A DNA stretch of 64,000 nt from Gemmatimonadota bacterium (GCA_040389905.1 JAZJZK010000023.1:160407-224406); one strand, 5' to 3'; positions 38,261 through 48,570 are shown, counted from the first letter of the stretch. Notes: generated from the sequence alone by a model not told the origin. A program made the numbers and translations.

Positions 38261-39220
38261 GTGAACGTTTTGCGAGCCAACACTCCTTCGTCGAACGAAT
38301 CCGTCATCGATTGGCTGCTCGACAGTGATCCGTCGATCCGCTGGCACGTCATGCGCGATCTTACCGACACTCCCACTCGAGTGGTCGCGGCGGAGCGGTC
38401 GCGTGTGGCGTTGGAAGGATGGGGCCGGCGGCTCGTCGATCAACAACGCAGAAATGGCCAATGGGGAGACGGCGTTACGGTGCCCTTCTGGTGGTCGAAC
38501 CTCTACACGCTCGTGTTCTTGCGCGACGTAGGGATCGACCCAACGAGTGCAACGGCGCGCGGCGTCATCGATCGCGTTCGCCGGAACGTCACGTGGGGAC
38601 CAGAGTTCGGACACTCACCGTTCTTCGAAGGTGAAGTCGAGCCGTGTATCAACGGCCGTGTCGTCGCGCTCGGCGCGTACTTCGGCGAGCGCAGTGACCG
38701 TCTCGTGGATCGACTCCTGGGCGAACAGCTCACCGATGGCGGCTGGAACTGCGAGGCGGAGCGCGGCTCGGTGCGCTCGTCGTTTCACACTACGATTTGT
38801 GTGCTCGAAGGATTGCTCGCGTACGAACAGGCGTTCGGCGCATCGTCTGCTGTGACGGGCGCCCGGGTCAAGGCGCACGAGTATCTCCTCGAGCGTCGCT
38901 TGCTCAGGCGGATGTCCACCGGAGCACTCATCCAACCGGCGTGGAAGGAACTCGCCTTTCCGCCGCTCTGGCACTATGACGTGCTGCGTGCACTCGACTA
39001 TTTGCGTGACGCGAACGTGGAGCCGGATGCACGCGTCGACGAGGCCGTCGCGACCCTGCGGGAGCGACGTCAGGAAGACGGGCGTTGGGTGCTCGACGTG
39101 CAGCATCGCAACACGCTCCACGAGGAGTTCGCTGGGCGCGTTGGCGCGCCGAATCGATGGATCACGTTCCGCGCGCTGCGAGTGCTGGCCTGGTACGCTC
39201 GGGGGAATAGCGACAGGTAA
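38261..39220 (+). CDS. prenyltransferase/squalene cyclase-like alpha-alpha barrel protein
   Basis: WLLDSDPSIRW, QLTDGGWNCE, SSFHTTICVLEGL, WHYDVLRALDYL. Confidence 0.8.
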   Translation: MNVLRANTPSSNESVIDWLLDSDPSIRWHVMRDLTDTPTRVVAAERSRVALEGWGRRLVDQQRRNGQWGDGVTVPFWWSNLYTLVFLRDVGIDPTSATARGVIDRVRRNVTWGPEFGHSPFFEGEVEPCINGRVVALGAYFGERSDRLVDRLLGEQLTDGGWNCEAERGSVRSSFHTTICVLEGLLAYEQAFGASSAVTGARVKAHEYLLERRLLRRMSTGALIQPAWKELAFPPLWHYDVLRALDYLRDANVEPDARVDEAVATLRERRQEDGRWVLDVQHRNTLHEEFAGRVGAPNRWITFRALRVLAWYARGNSDR

Positions 39221-39227
39221 GAACGCA

Positions 39228-39347
39228 GGGAACGGCGATCATGTCGTCCCTGTGCCAGCCCAAGGCTCCGTGAATGATCAGTAATGCGATGAGGACGAAC
39301 ACAGCCGAGACGATGATCGGGATCCAGAGGGCGGAAAGTCCAACCAT
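39228..39347 (-). pseudogene. 5' fragment of a membrane protein gene
   Basis: GGAGG RBS then MVGLSALWIPIIVSAVFVLIALLIIHGALGWHRDD; the frame then runs into the antisense strand of the convergent gene. Confidence 0.6.
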
Positions 39348-39393
39348 GAGAACGGCCTCCAAGAATGGTGGGAAGGGAGCGGTCACCGGTCGG

Positions 39394-40296
39394 TCAACGG
39401 CCCAGCTTCGCCCTCAAGAACCCGACCGTCTTCGGCCATGCCTGAGCGGCCGCGGCCGCGTTCGCGGGCGAGCCATCCTGGCCGCGAAGAAAGCCGTGTC
39501 CCGCGCCGTCGAATATCTGGTACTCATACGACTTGCCGAGCCGCTTCATCGTTGAGTCGGTCGCAGGTACCGTGGACGTGATGCGCGCATCACTGCCGCC
39601 GTACAAGCCGAGAACCGGTGCCTTGATTGCCGCTATTTGCTCCGCCGTCGGAGGGGAGCCGTAATACACGACGGACGCGCCGAGCGACGGAGCATGCGTC
39701 GCGTGGAGGAACGACCGTCCACCACCCCAACAGAAGCCGATGATGCCGTACTTCGGCTGTGCGGACGGCAGTGCCATCGCGTAGTTGGCAACGGCGTCGA
39801 TCGCGCGATTCGCGATCTCCGGTGTGACCCGACCGATCGCGGCGCGGCCGGCGTCAGCCGCGGGATCTGCCTTGAGGTCTCCCGTGCGGAACATCGTCGT
39901 GAGGTCGGGCGCAATGCCGATGAAGCCATCCGCGGCCAGTTGATCTGCCACGGAACGCGTCCAGGTATTGATGCCGGTGTTTTCATGAATGGCGATCACC
40001 ACCGGCGCCTTGTCGCTCCGCTGCGGATAGACGACCCACGCCATCACGCTGTCGGTAGCGCCGACTTTGATCGCAACCCACTCCGCGTGGCGCGGCGACT
40101 TCGCGATGCGCTCGGCGGCTGTGGTCCCTGAGGCCGGAATCGTATCGGATAACGGGATATGTACCGAAGACACGGCATGAGCAGGCGTGTCATGGTTGGC
40201 ATGCTCGTCGAACGCCGCGACGGGGCGGACATTGCCGGCAGCGTAGCCAATGGCGCCTGCGACGACGGCGGCCGAGATTCCGAGGACAGCGCGCAT
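39394..40296 (-). CDS. dienelactone hydrolase family protein, exported
   Basis: IHENTG, GFCWGG nucleophile Cys, GSDARI, GAGHGF. Confidence 0.92.
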   Translation of the reverse strand: MRAVLGISAAVVAGAIGYAAGNVRPVAAFDEHANHDTPAHAVSSVHIPLSDTIPASGTTAAERIAKSPRHAEWVAIKVGATDSVMAWVVYPQRSDKAPVVIAIHENTGINTWTRSVADQLAADGFIGIAPDLTTMFRTGDLKADPAADAGRAAIGRVTPEIANRAIDAVANYAMALPSAQPKYGIIGFCWGGGRSFLHATHAPSLGASVVYYGSPPTAEQIAAIKAPVLGLYGGSDARITSTVPATDSTMKRLGKSYEYQIFDGAGHGFLRGQDGSPANAAAAAQAWPKTVGFLRAKLGR

Positions 40297-40394
40297 TTCC
40301 TACTCCTTGTTCTGGGTTGCCAATCAACAGGCGTGCGTGATTGCTTACGCGGGAGGCGACATGAACGATGCGCGAGAGACGCAGAGAAACCAAT

Positions 40395-40721
40395 ATGACA
40401 GCTGCTGATTTCCGCCGCGCGGTACTCAACTTCCCGGAAGTCATCGAGGGCTCGCACATGGGTCACGCAGACTTTCGCGTCGGCGGCAAGATCATCGCGA
40501 CACTGGGCTATCCCAATGCACGATGTGCCGTTGTGATGCTGCCTCCGCACGACCAGGACCTCCTGGTGCGAGACCATCCGCAGGCGTTCACGCCGGCGGC
40601 GGGGAAATGGGGCGCGTCCGGAAGCACGAACATTCTGCTCGATGCAGCGAGCGTGGAGACGGTTACCATGGCACTCGAGGCGGCGTGGCGAAAGCGGGCG
40701 CCGAAGCGACTCGTCAGATGA
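40395..40721 (+). CDS. MmcQ/YjbR family protein
   Basis: EGSHMGHADFRVGGKIIATL...GKWGASGST...AWRKRAPK. Confidence 0.85.
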   Translation: MTAADFRRAVLNFPEVIEGSHMGHADFRVGGKIIATLGYPNARCAVVMLPPHDQDLLVRDHPQAFTPAAGKWGASGSTNILLDAASVETVTMALEAAWRKRAPKRLVR

Positions 40722-41122
40722 AACAATCGATCGTCCACGTCGCGCTGGTCGTACGAGATTACGACGAAGCGATTCAGTTCTATTGCGAGAAGCTCGGCTT
40801 CACGGTAATCGAGGACACCTATCAACCGTTGCAAGACAAACGCTGGGTGTTGATTGCGCCTCCAGGGTCTGGTGGAACGGCCCTGTTACTCGCCAGGGCG
40901 TCGACTGCGGAGCAGGAGACGTTCATCGGGAACCAGGCGGGAGGACGCGTTTTTCTCTTTCTCGCCACCGATGATTTCTGGCGCGACTACGATCGGATGG
41001 TCTCGCTTGGTGTGACGTTCGTCAGGCCACCGAAGGTTGAGTCGTACGGCACGGTTGCAGTTTTTGAGGACCTCTACGGCACGCGATGGGATTTGCTGGA
41101 GTGGAGCCGGCCGCAGGCCTGA
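40718..41122 (+). CDS. VOC/glyoxalase family protein
   Basis: VALVVRDYDEAIQFYCEKLGF...YGTVAVFEDLYGTRWDL. Confidence 0.92.
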   Translation: MKQSIVHVALVVRDYDEAIQFYCEKLGFTVIEDTYQPLQDKRWVLIAPPGSGGTALLLARASTAEQETFIGNQAGGRVFLFLATDDFWRDYDRMVSLGVTFVRPPKVESYGTVAVFEDLYGTRWDLLEWSRPQA

Positions 41123-41213
41123 GCGCTGCCGCGAGCGCGTGAGGTCTCCTGCGCCATTGACGAGGCAACCACGCAAACGCACAATCAGAGTCAACTCTCG
41201 CACGGAGGATCCT

Positions 41214-41657
41214 ATGCGCATGCTTCACGATCCCGCCATTCGCAGTTCTCTCGAAGAGCGCCTCAAGGCACTGAGCCCGGACGCGCCGCGTAAGTGGGGA
41301 AGCATGACGCCGGACCAGATGCTCTGGCACCTGAACCAGTTTCTCGAATTCGCGCTCGGCAAAGGTGAGCGGCGCGAGGGGAAACGGCCGCCGATTCCGC
41401 TGCCGATCATGCGCTTCCTCCTGCTCAACATGCCATGGCCGAAGAGCGCACCGACGCATCCCGGCGCACTGGCGAAGGATCGATACGATTTCGCCGCGGA
41501 GCGCGAACGTTGCCTGGCATTGATCGACAGCTTCGTGAGGCGTCCGCTCGATGGACCATGGCCGGTCGACGCGGCGTTTGGCGAGGTGACGGGACTCTTC
41601 ACGAGCAGGCTTCAGGCAAAGCACCTCGACCATCACCTTCGGCAATTCAACGCATAG
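41214..41657 (+). CDS. DinB/DUF1569-like protein
   Basis: KWGSMTPDQMLWHL...KHLDHHLRQF; GGAGG RBS. Confidence 0.85.
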   Translation: MRMLHDPAIRSSLEERLKALSPDAPRKWGSMTPDQMLWHLNQFLEFALGKGERREGKRPPIPLPIMRFLLLNMPWPKSAPTHPGALAKDRYDFAAERERCLALIDSFVRRPLDGPWPVDAAFGEVTGLFTSRLQAKHLDHHLRQFNA

Positions 41658-41710
41658 CGGGATGGTTCTGAAGGCTGTGACGCGGAACAGCATCGTCGAG
41701 TCGAATCAAG

Positions 41711-42118
41711 ATGACCCATGGGATGCCGATGATTCGTCGAATGTCCGTGTTGGCTGTGTCGTGCGCGATGATCGGATGCTCCGTCACGACGACAGAGCGC
41801 GTGGTGGACGTGCCGTCCGCCGAAACGTTCGCGGGGACGTGGCGCTCGGTGACGCCGTCGCTCGAATTCATTCAACTGTCCGTCTCGCCGAAATCCAGCG
41901 AGATGGGCGTCTTGGCAGCGCGCCTGACCTTCTCCGGCGTGGCGTGGGAGGGCGCCGGGCGGATCGACGGAGATTCGCTGGTTGCCGGGATGTCGATCTC
42001 TGGCGTTGTGGCATCGAGCGGTGTGATGGTCGCACGCGCTCGCGATGCGCAAACGTTGGTCCTCCAACTGCGCCCGTCGACTGCTGCTGCCCTCGACTTG
42101 ACCCTCGTTCGGCAATAG
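41711..42118 (+). CDS. hypothetical lipoprotein
   Basis: lipobox-like MIGC; beta-rich; FAGTW motif. Confidence 0.65.
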   Translation: MTHGMPMIRRMSVLAVSCAMIGCSVTTTERVVDVPSAETFAGTWRSVTPSLEFIQLSVSPKSSEMGVLAARLTFSGVAWEGAGRIDGDSLVAGMSISGVVASSGVMVARARDAQTLVLQLRPSTAAALDLTLVRQ

Positions 42119-42199
42119 AGCAGGCCCCGCGCAGGGGAGAACGCCGAGCGTGTGTCTGATTCGTGACACTTCACCTTCAACGAATCGGTTTTACGACAC

Positions 42200-43042
42200 A
42201 TGCTGCTCCTCGATCCTCGCCACGCACACGATGACGACCATGACGATCACGGGGGACTCCACCGTGACCTGCACCAAACCGGCGCGGCCATGGATCGCCG
42301 CAGCATGCTTCGGATTGCGGCACGATTCGGCGCGGCACTGAGCGCGATACAGGTCATCGGATGCGGAGGCGCCGAGACGGTGCTTGGCACCGATGCAACT
42401 GCCACGGTCAGCTCGACGTGTCCTACTCGCGTACCTTCAGAAACCGAGGGCCCGTACCCGGGCGACGGCTCCAATGGGCCGAACGTACTGAGTTCCACGG
42501 GAATCGTGCGGAGCGACATCCGGACGAGCTTCGCGGGGCTGTCGGGAACGGCGACCGGCGTTCCACTGAACATCCGCCTCACGCTCGTCTCGGCATCGAC
42601 GTGCGCGCCGCTCGCCGGATATGCCGTGTATCTCTGGCATTGCGATCGCGCAGGCAATTACTCGCTCTATTCGAGCGGCTTCACCAACCAGAACTATCTC
42701 CGTGGCGTCCAGGCTGCCGATTCGAATGGCGTCGTGACGTTCCAGTCGATCTATCCCGGCTGCTACTCCGGTCGCTGGCCGCATATCCACTTCGAAGTGT
42801 ACCGGAGCCTCGCGCAGGCGACAGCGGTGTCGAACAAGATCGCCACATCGCAGATCGCGCTGCCGTTGACGGCGAACACACTCGTCTACGCAGCGTCGGG
42901 GTATGAGGCGAGCGTCACGAATCAGTCGCGAATCACGCTGGCATCGGACAATGTGTTCAGCGACGGCGCATCGTTGGAGTTGGCGACGATCACTGGCGAT
43001 GTAAGCAGTGGGATGACTGCGGCGTTGACGGTGGGAATCTGA
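42200..43042 (+). CDS. intradiol ring-cleavage dioxygenase-like protein (Tat-like signal)
   Basis: ETEGPYP, VYLWHCD, YSLY, LRGVQ, PGCYSGRWPHIHFEV; DRRSMLR twin-Arg motif. Confidence 0.9.
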   Translation: MLLLDPRHAHDDDHDDHGGLHRDLHQTGAAMDRRSMLRIAARFGAALSAIQVIGCGGAETVLGTDATATVSSTCPTRVPSETEGPYPGDGSNGPNVLSSTGIVRSDIRTSFAGLSGTATGVPLNIRLTLVSASTCAPLAGYAVYLWHCDRAGNYSLYSSGFTNQNYLRGVQAADSNGVVTFQSIYPGCYSGRWPHIHFEVYRSLAQATAVSNKIATSQIALPLTANTLVYAASGYEASVTNQSRITLASDNVFSDGASLELATITGDVSSGMTAALTVGI

Positions 43043-43117
43043 GGACCATTGCTGATTGATTCGTATTGTTTCCGGCGCATCCGTGTAGTCCGTTCCTGGA
43101 GCCGGGTATCGGCACGC

Positions 43118-43948
43118 TTACTTCGTCCAGGCCGGAAACGCCGCCAGCTTCGACGCATCGCGCGCATCGTGCTGGATGACCACCGTCGCCTTCATGTTCG
43201 CGGCGATCTTCTTGAAGCGATCCAGCGATGCGAGCGTGGCCGCGCGATCTGTGTTGAAGGTCGGCACGCCACCCGCGTCGTAGTTCTCGTGAAAGTGCGC
43301 GAGGTCGCCAGTGATCAGCACATTCCCACTGTCCTTCAACTTGACGAGCAGGCTGTGATGACCGGGCGTATGTCCCGGCGTGTTCAGCATGATGACCGTA
43401 CCGTCGCCAAACACGTCCTTGTCACCAGCGAGCGGTTCGACCTTTCCACCACCGCTGATCCAGCTAGCGAATGGCGCGGGGTTCGCAACGCCGGCTGACT
43501 TGGGATCGTTCAGCAGGTCCCAGTCTCCCTTTCCAATCAGAAGCGTCGACTGCGGGAGCGTGCTCACCTGTCCGACGTGATCGCCGTGATAGTGGCTGAT
43601 CCCGACGAACTTGACCTGCGCCGGCGTGATCTTCGACTGCGCCAATAAGTCGACGATGCTGGTTTTGGGAGCAGTGGCCGTCGTGCCGGCGGGGTTGCCG
43701 GTATCCCACACCATGTAGTCGTCGCCATGCTTGATGACATAGCAGCTGAACGTCAGCTGAACTTTCAACCCGCTGTACGCATACGTGTCGGAGAACCGAA
43801 GCCCGACATCGGTCGGCGCGGCGTTCGTGCCGCACTCCATTCGCGCGATCGAGACCGCTGCAGGTGTCGGCATTTGTGCCGCCGCCGAGTTCGTGGCGCT
43901 GGAAACGACGCAAACAACAAGAGCGACGGTGATGAGGATGCGTTTCAT
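43118..43948 (-). CDS. N-acyl homoserine lactonase-like MBL hydrolase, secreted
   Basis: SHYHGDH, DVFGDG, TPGHTPGH, TGDLAH, QHD; signal peptide; start at 43948. Confidence 0.88.
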   Translation of the reverse strand: MKRILITVALVVCVVSSATNSAAAQMPTPAAVSIARMECGTNAAPTDVGLRFSDTYAYSGLKVQLTFSCYVIKHGDDYMVWDTGNPAGTTATAPKTSIVDLLAQSKITPAQVKFVGISHYHGDHVGQVSTLPQSTLLIGKGDWDLLNDPKSAGVANPAPFASWISGGGKVEPLAGDKDVFGDGTVIMLNTPGHTPGHHSLLVKLKDSGNVLITGDLAHFHENYDAGGVPTFNTDRAATLASLDRFKKIAANMKATVVIQHDARDASKLAAFPAWTK

Positions 43949-45900
43949 CGCGCCACCGATGACCGACGCAGCATCCAACCGTACAGCCAAAATATCGCTC
44001 CCGCAAAACCAAACAAACCGAGCCATCGCGCCAACACGAAATCCTCGGCGACGAGTCCGATGGGCGCGTCCTTGGCAAATGCGACAATGAGTCCGGCGTT
44101 GAGCACACCCCACAGACTCTCGCCGACGATCAAGCCAGACGCCACCAGCGTGCCCAGTCGCTCGGCGCGCTCGGGATTGGGTGTCATGCGTGCCCGTTTG
44201 TCGTACCAGGTCGAGAGCAACGCGCCGATGACCACCGCGAACGTTGCCGACATTGGCAGATAGATGCCGATGCCCACCGCCATCGGGGGAATGCGCAGCT
44301 TCTTCAACGCGCCGAGCGTGGTGTCGAGCAGAATGAGGCCGACGCCGACGAGCGCGCCGATGCCGATCATCTTCCATTCGAGGCTTCCGCCAATCACACC
44401 CTGCGCAAGGGCGGAGATGAGCGTCGCCTGTGGAGCCGGGAGCGGATTCGGCGCGAGGACGCCGACATTCGGCGCGCCCGCGAATCCGTAGGCCTTGGCG
44501 AGCAGGTTGAGCACCGGGGGAATGACCGCAGCACCGGCGACGACGCCGACGATGAGCGCGATCTGTTGCCGCATCGGCGAGGCGCCGACCAACTGGCCGG
44601 TCTTCAGGTCCTGAAGGTTGTCGTTGGAGATCGTCGCGCAGGCAAACACGATCGCGGTGACGAAGAGTGCAAAGGCGACCAGTGCCGGCCGCGTCTCCGG
44701 CGTCGGCGCCACGGCGACGATGATCGTCGATGCGCAGATGACGATGGACAGAATGCCGACGCCCGAGATCGGGCTGTTCGAGGCGCCGATGAGCCCCGCC
44801 ATGTAGCCGCAGATGCCGGCAATGAGAAAGCCGACCAGGAGCACGAATGGAACGGCGATCAGCGTCAGTGTCAGTGCGCTGGAGGCCAGCGCCGTCGTCG
44901 ATTGCGCGAAGGTGAATGCGAGCCACGCGGTGATGATGAGGCAGACCGCGGTGAGCGCGTAAATCCACATGGGGGAGAGATCCCGATCGGTATCATCACT
45001 CGTCGCCACCGCGCGAGATGCGGCAAGCGTGCTCACGAGTCCACCGAGGACTGGCTTGGCGAGCTTGGCGAGGGTGTAGATCGAGGCGACGGCAATGGCA
45101 CCGGCGCCGATGAAGCGGACCTGCGTGCGCCAGATCCCCATGGTGTGCGCCGTGAGTGTCACACCGTCGGCGATTGGCTGCATCGACGTGAGAATCGGGA
45201 CCGCGACCGCCCACGCGATAATGAGTCCGGTCAGCATCGCCATGCCGACTGAGAGGCCAACGAGATGCCCCGCGCCCAGCAACGCGAGCGACCAAGCGAT
45301 CTGATACCCGCTGGAGGACGCTCCGCCAACCCGGAAGACGCCGGCGATTTCCACTGCGGCGACGCGTGTCGCACCGATGATGGCCAACCCGGCCGACGCG
45401 AGCGTGCCGTAGATGACGGCGACGAGACCTTCTCTCGCTTCACCCGTGTCGTCGGCGGCATCACCGCGCACGCCGGAGCCGACCTTGAGCACCTCGGCGG
45501 CGGCGACGCCTTCCGGATAGGGCAGGTCGGAGTTCGTAACGAGCGCGCGCCTGAGTGGGATCGTGAACAGCACGCCGAGCACACCGCCGCTGACACAGAT
45601 CAGAAACGATTGCCAGAACGGAAATCCTGTCCACCAGCCGACGATCAGCAACCCGGGCAACACGAAGATGATCGCCGAGAGTGTGCCGGCCGCCGATGCG
45701 ACGGTCTGCACGATGTTGTTCTCGAGGATCGAGGAGTTCTTCACGGCGCTCAAGATCGCCATGGAGATCACCGCCGCGGGGATCGACGACGCGAAGGTGA
45801 GACCGACCTTGAGGCCGAGGTAGACGTTCGCGGCCGTGAACACCGTCGTGAGCAGCGCACCGAGAATCAGGCCGCGCAGCGTGAGCTCTTTGGGTTTCAT
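43945..45900 (-). CDS. oligopeptide transporter, OPT family
   Basis: ELTLRG, NVYLGLKVGLTFASSIPAAV, YPEGVA, NDNLQDLKTG, LPAPQA. Confidence 0.95.
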   Translation of the reverse strand: MKPKELTLRGLILGALLTTVFTAANVYLGLKVGLTFASSIPAAVISMAILSAVKNSSILENNIVQTVASAAGTLSAIIFVLPGLLIVGWWTGFPFWQSFLICVSGGVLGVLFTIPLRRALVTNSDLPYPEGVAAAEVLKVGSGVRGDAADDTGEAREGLVAVIYGTLASAGLAIIGATRVAAVEIAGVFRVGGASSSGYQIAWSLALLGAGHLVGLSVGMAMLTGLIIAWAVAVPILTSMQPIADGVTLTAHTMGIWRTQVRFIGAGAIAVASIYTLAKLAKPVLGGLVSTLAASRAVATSDDTDRDLSPMWIYALTAVCLIITAWLAFTFAQSTTALASSALTLTLIAVPFVLLVGFLIAGICGYMAGLIGASNSPISGVGILSIVICASTIIVAVAPTPETRPALVAFALFVTAIVFACATISNDNLQDLKTGQLVGASPMRQQIALIVGVVAGAAVIPPVLNLLAKAYGFAGAPNVGVLAPNPLPAPQATLISALAQGVIGGSLEWKMIGIGALVGVGLILLDTTLGALKKLRIPPMAVGIGIYLPMSATFAVVIGALLSTWYDKRARMTPNPERAERLGTLVASGLIVGESLWGVLNAGLIVAFAKDAPIGLVAEDFVLARWLGLFGFAGAIFWLYGWMLRRSSVAR

Positions 45901-45947
45901 GACTCAATAGTACGACGGCGCGGCTGGCTCTGGCGAGGGTGCGTTTG

Positions 45948-47462
45948 TCAGATGAGTGCAGCCGACAGCGACTTCCTGACCCCGGCGCGACTCACCTTGC
46001 CGGCGGCGTTCCGCTCCAAGTGCTCGACGCGCCAGATGCGCTTTGGCGCCTTCACCGACCCGAGTTCGGCCTTCACCCACGCGATGAGATCATCGTCGGC
46101 AACCGCGATTCCGTGATGCAGGACCACGGCCGCGTGCACGGCCTCGCCCCACTTTGGGTCCTCCAAACCAAATACCGTGCATTCGACGACTGCGGGATGC
46201 CGAGCGAGCGACGCCTCGACTTCAGCAGGGAACACCTTGAAGCCACCGCTGTTGATCACCTCACGCAGCCGTCCGCGAATAAAGAGGTAGCCGCGGTCGT
46301 CGATCATGCCGAGATCTCCCGTGTGGAGCCATCCGTCGATGATCGTGCGCGCGGTTTCCTCAGGGCGATCGAGGTAGCCACTCATGAGCAGCGGTCCTGC
46401 GACGACGATCTCCCCAACCTCGCCGGCTGGACGCAGTGAGCCGTCAGCGCCCATGATCTCGATCGTCGCGACCGACGATGGCCGGCCGACGGACGCGAGA
46501 TTCTCCTCGATCAGCAGTTCGTTCGCTCGCATTCCGGCGATGATCTGTGGCGCTTCGACCTGTCCGTACGCCGTCTCGATCACCGGCCCAAGGACACGCT
46601 GACAGTCGCGAATTCGTTGCGGCGGCATTGGCGCCGCAGAGTAGATCACATGGCGCAGCGAATCAAGCACAGCGGACGTCGCCGCCGGCGAGTCAATCAC
46701 CGCGTAGAGGAGGGTGGGCGGTGCGTACATCGTGGTGACGCCGTATCGCGCAATCACGTCGAGGACCGCCGCCGCCCTGGTGTCCGCCAGCAGGACATGA
46801 CGGCCACCCATCTCGAGAATCGGCAGTACGAAGCACGACGCGCCATGCGTCAGCGGTGCCGCAATCAAGTTGACGTCATCAGGGCAAAACTCGAAGAAAT
46901 CGCGAATGCCATTCGCTTGCGCATTGAGGCATCGGAGCGATTGCACGACCGGCTTCGGCACACCCGTGCTGCCGCCACTGAACTTGATGATCTGCGCGTC
47001 CTCCATGGTGCGCTCGATGCGCGTTGGACGCTTCCCTGTCCACGCATCGATCAAACCACGGATACTGGGTTGGGCGTCGCCGCCCGACGCTCCGCTGATG
47101 ATCACGTGTGCTGAACGCGGTGTGAAGCGCGCAAGGCTCGCCGCGTCGGCGACGACAATCGACGGACGTGTTGCCGCGAGCATCGCCTCGAGTTCAGCGC
47201 GTCCGTTCCGCGGGTTGAGGGGCACCCACACCTTCCCAGCGGCGTACGTCGCGAGCAGCGCGATCAGGTGTTCGACGGTATTGGGTGCGCAGATCGCGAT
47301 GCGGCCTTCCGCATCGAGGTCGATCGCCTGAAACGCGGCAGCGAGCGCGTCGACGGCAACACCGAGCTCGCCGTAGGTGACGTCTCCACGATCTGCTCCC
47401 GAAATCGCAATTGCCTCGGGGTTCCTCGCGATGCTCGCGTACAGTCGGTCGATTGGTCTCAG
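45948..47462 (-). CDS. AMP-binding acyl-CoA synthetase; probable CTG start
   Basis: FSGGSTGVPK, AYGQVE, LHTGDLG, GKV; the frame stays open and family-like upstream of 47231 (TYGEL, RIAICAPNT) up to CTG 47462, with GGAG 6 nt upstream. Confidence 0.88.
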   Translation of the reverse strand: MRPIDRLYASIARNPEAIAISGADRGDVTYGELGVAVDALAAAFQAIDLDAEGRIAICAPNTVEHLIALLATYAAGKVWVPLNPRNGRAELEAMLAATRPSIVVADAASLARFTPRSAHVIISGASGGDAQPSIRGLIDAWTGKRPTRIERTMEDAQIIKFSGGSTGVPKPVVQSLRCLNAQANGIRDFFEFCPDDVNLIAAPLTHGASCFVLPILEMGGRHVLLADTRAAAVLDVIARYGVTTMYAPPTLLYAVIDSPAATSAVLDSLRHVIYSAAPMPPQRIRDCQRVLGPVIETAYGQVEAPQIIAGMRANELLIEENLASVGRPSSVATIEIMGADGSLRPAGEVGEIVVAGPLLMSGYLDRPEETARTIIDGWLHTGDLGMIDDRGYLFIRGRLREVINSGGFKVFPAEVEASLARHPAVVECTVFGLEDPKWGEAVHAAVVLHHGIAVADDDLIAWVKAELGSVKAPKRIWRVEHLERNAAGKVSRAGVRKSLSAALI

Positions 47463-47630
47463 GCGCTGCTCCGTTGATGGGAGCCACTATTCTCGTGTGC
47501 ACTCCGCGGTCGTGTCAACGTCGTGCGGCCGCCCACGGGTACTTGCTCGGCTGATTGGGATCGGATAGTCTCGTAACGAGTTGTCATCCACGTGGATAAC
47601 GGTGCGACGTCCACCCGATCACCGCCTCGC

Positions 47631-48569
47631 ATGAGCTTCCCGATCCTCGGTCTGCATCACGTCACGGCAACGGTCGACGATGCACAAGCCGACCTCGACT
47701 TCGCGATCGACGCGCTCGGCATGCGTCTGGTCAAGAAGACCGTCAACTTCGACAATCGCGGCGTCTATCACTTCTACTACGGCGACGAACGAGGAACGCC
47801 CGGCTCGCTGTGGACGACCTTTCCCTATCGCACACGGAACGTTCCGGCGGGCATCAAGGGCGCGGGGCAGGTGACCGTCACGTCGTTCTCCGTTCCGGCC
47901 GCGTCGCTGGATAGCTGGAAGGCGCGGCTCCGGGCTCGCGGCTTCACGGTCACCGATGCCCCGCCTCGCTTCGGCGAGGAATCGATCGTCGTGGCGGATC
48001 CTTCGGGACTCCTCATCGAGTTGATCGGCACTCACGGCGACACGCGCGACCCATGGGTCGCCAACGACATCGGTATGGCGTCGGCGATTCGCGGCATTCA
48101 CAGCGTGACGATGACGGTGGACGATCCGAAGCCCACGGCGGCGTTCATGCGCGAGTGGTTCGGCTTCGAACTTTCCGAGGAAATGGACGGGCGACGTCGG
48201 TTGACGGTGAATGGAACGGGGCCAGGCAAGTCGGTGGACATTCTCACCGCCGATGGGCCGCGTGCAAAGAACGGCGTCGGGACGGTGCATCACGTGGCAG
48301 TCGCGATACCCGACACGGCTGAACAGTTGAAGCTCCGCGAAGCCCTGGTCGCCCGGGGAATCGACGTCACGCCGGTGATGGATCGCTCATACTTCAAGTC
48401 GATCTACTTCCGCGAGCCCGGCGGTGTGCTGTTCGAGGTCGCGACGCTCGCACCCGGCTTCGCGGTGGACGAGCCGCTCGAAGAACTTGGGCGGGGGCTC
48501 AAGCTGCCACCGTGGGAAGAATCGAAGCGGGCGGAGATCGAGGAAGCGCTTCCTCCGGTCATCTACTGA
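47631..48569 (+). CDS. ring-cleaving dioxygenase, VOC superfamily (MhqA/PcpA-like)
   Basis: GLHHVTA, VKKTVNFD, YHFYYGD, GTVHHVA, DRSYFKSIYFREPGGVLFEVAT. Confidence 0.93.
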   Translation: MSFPILGLHHVTATVDDAQADLDFAIDALGMRLVKKTVNFDNRGVYHFYYGDERGTPGSLWTTFPYRTRNVPAGIKGAGQVTVTSFSVPAASLDSWKARLRARGFTVTDAPPRFGEESIVVADPSGLLIELIGTHGDTRDPWVANDIGMASAIRGIHSVTMTVDDPKPTAAFMREWFGFELSEEMDGRRRLTVNGTGPGKSVDILTADGPRAKNGVGTVHHVAVAIPDTAEQLKLREALVARGIDVTPVMDRSYFKSIYFREPGGVLFEVATLAPGFAVDEPLEELGRGLKLPPWEESKRAEIEEALPPVIY

Positions 48570-48570
48570 G

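Noticed and set aside
43949..44968. N-terminal extension of the lactonase ORF (616 aa)
   Set aside because: Out-of-frame overlap with the OPT gene; the signal peptide starts at 43948
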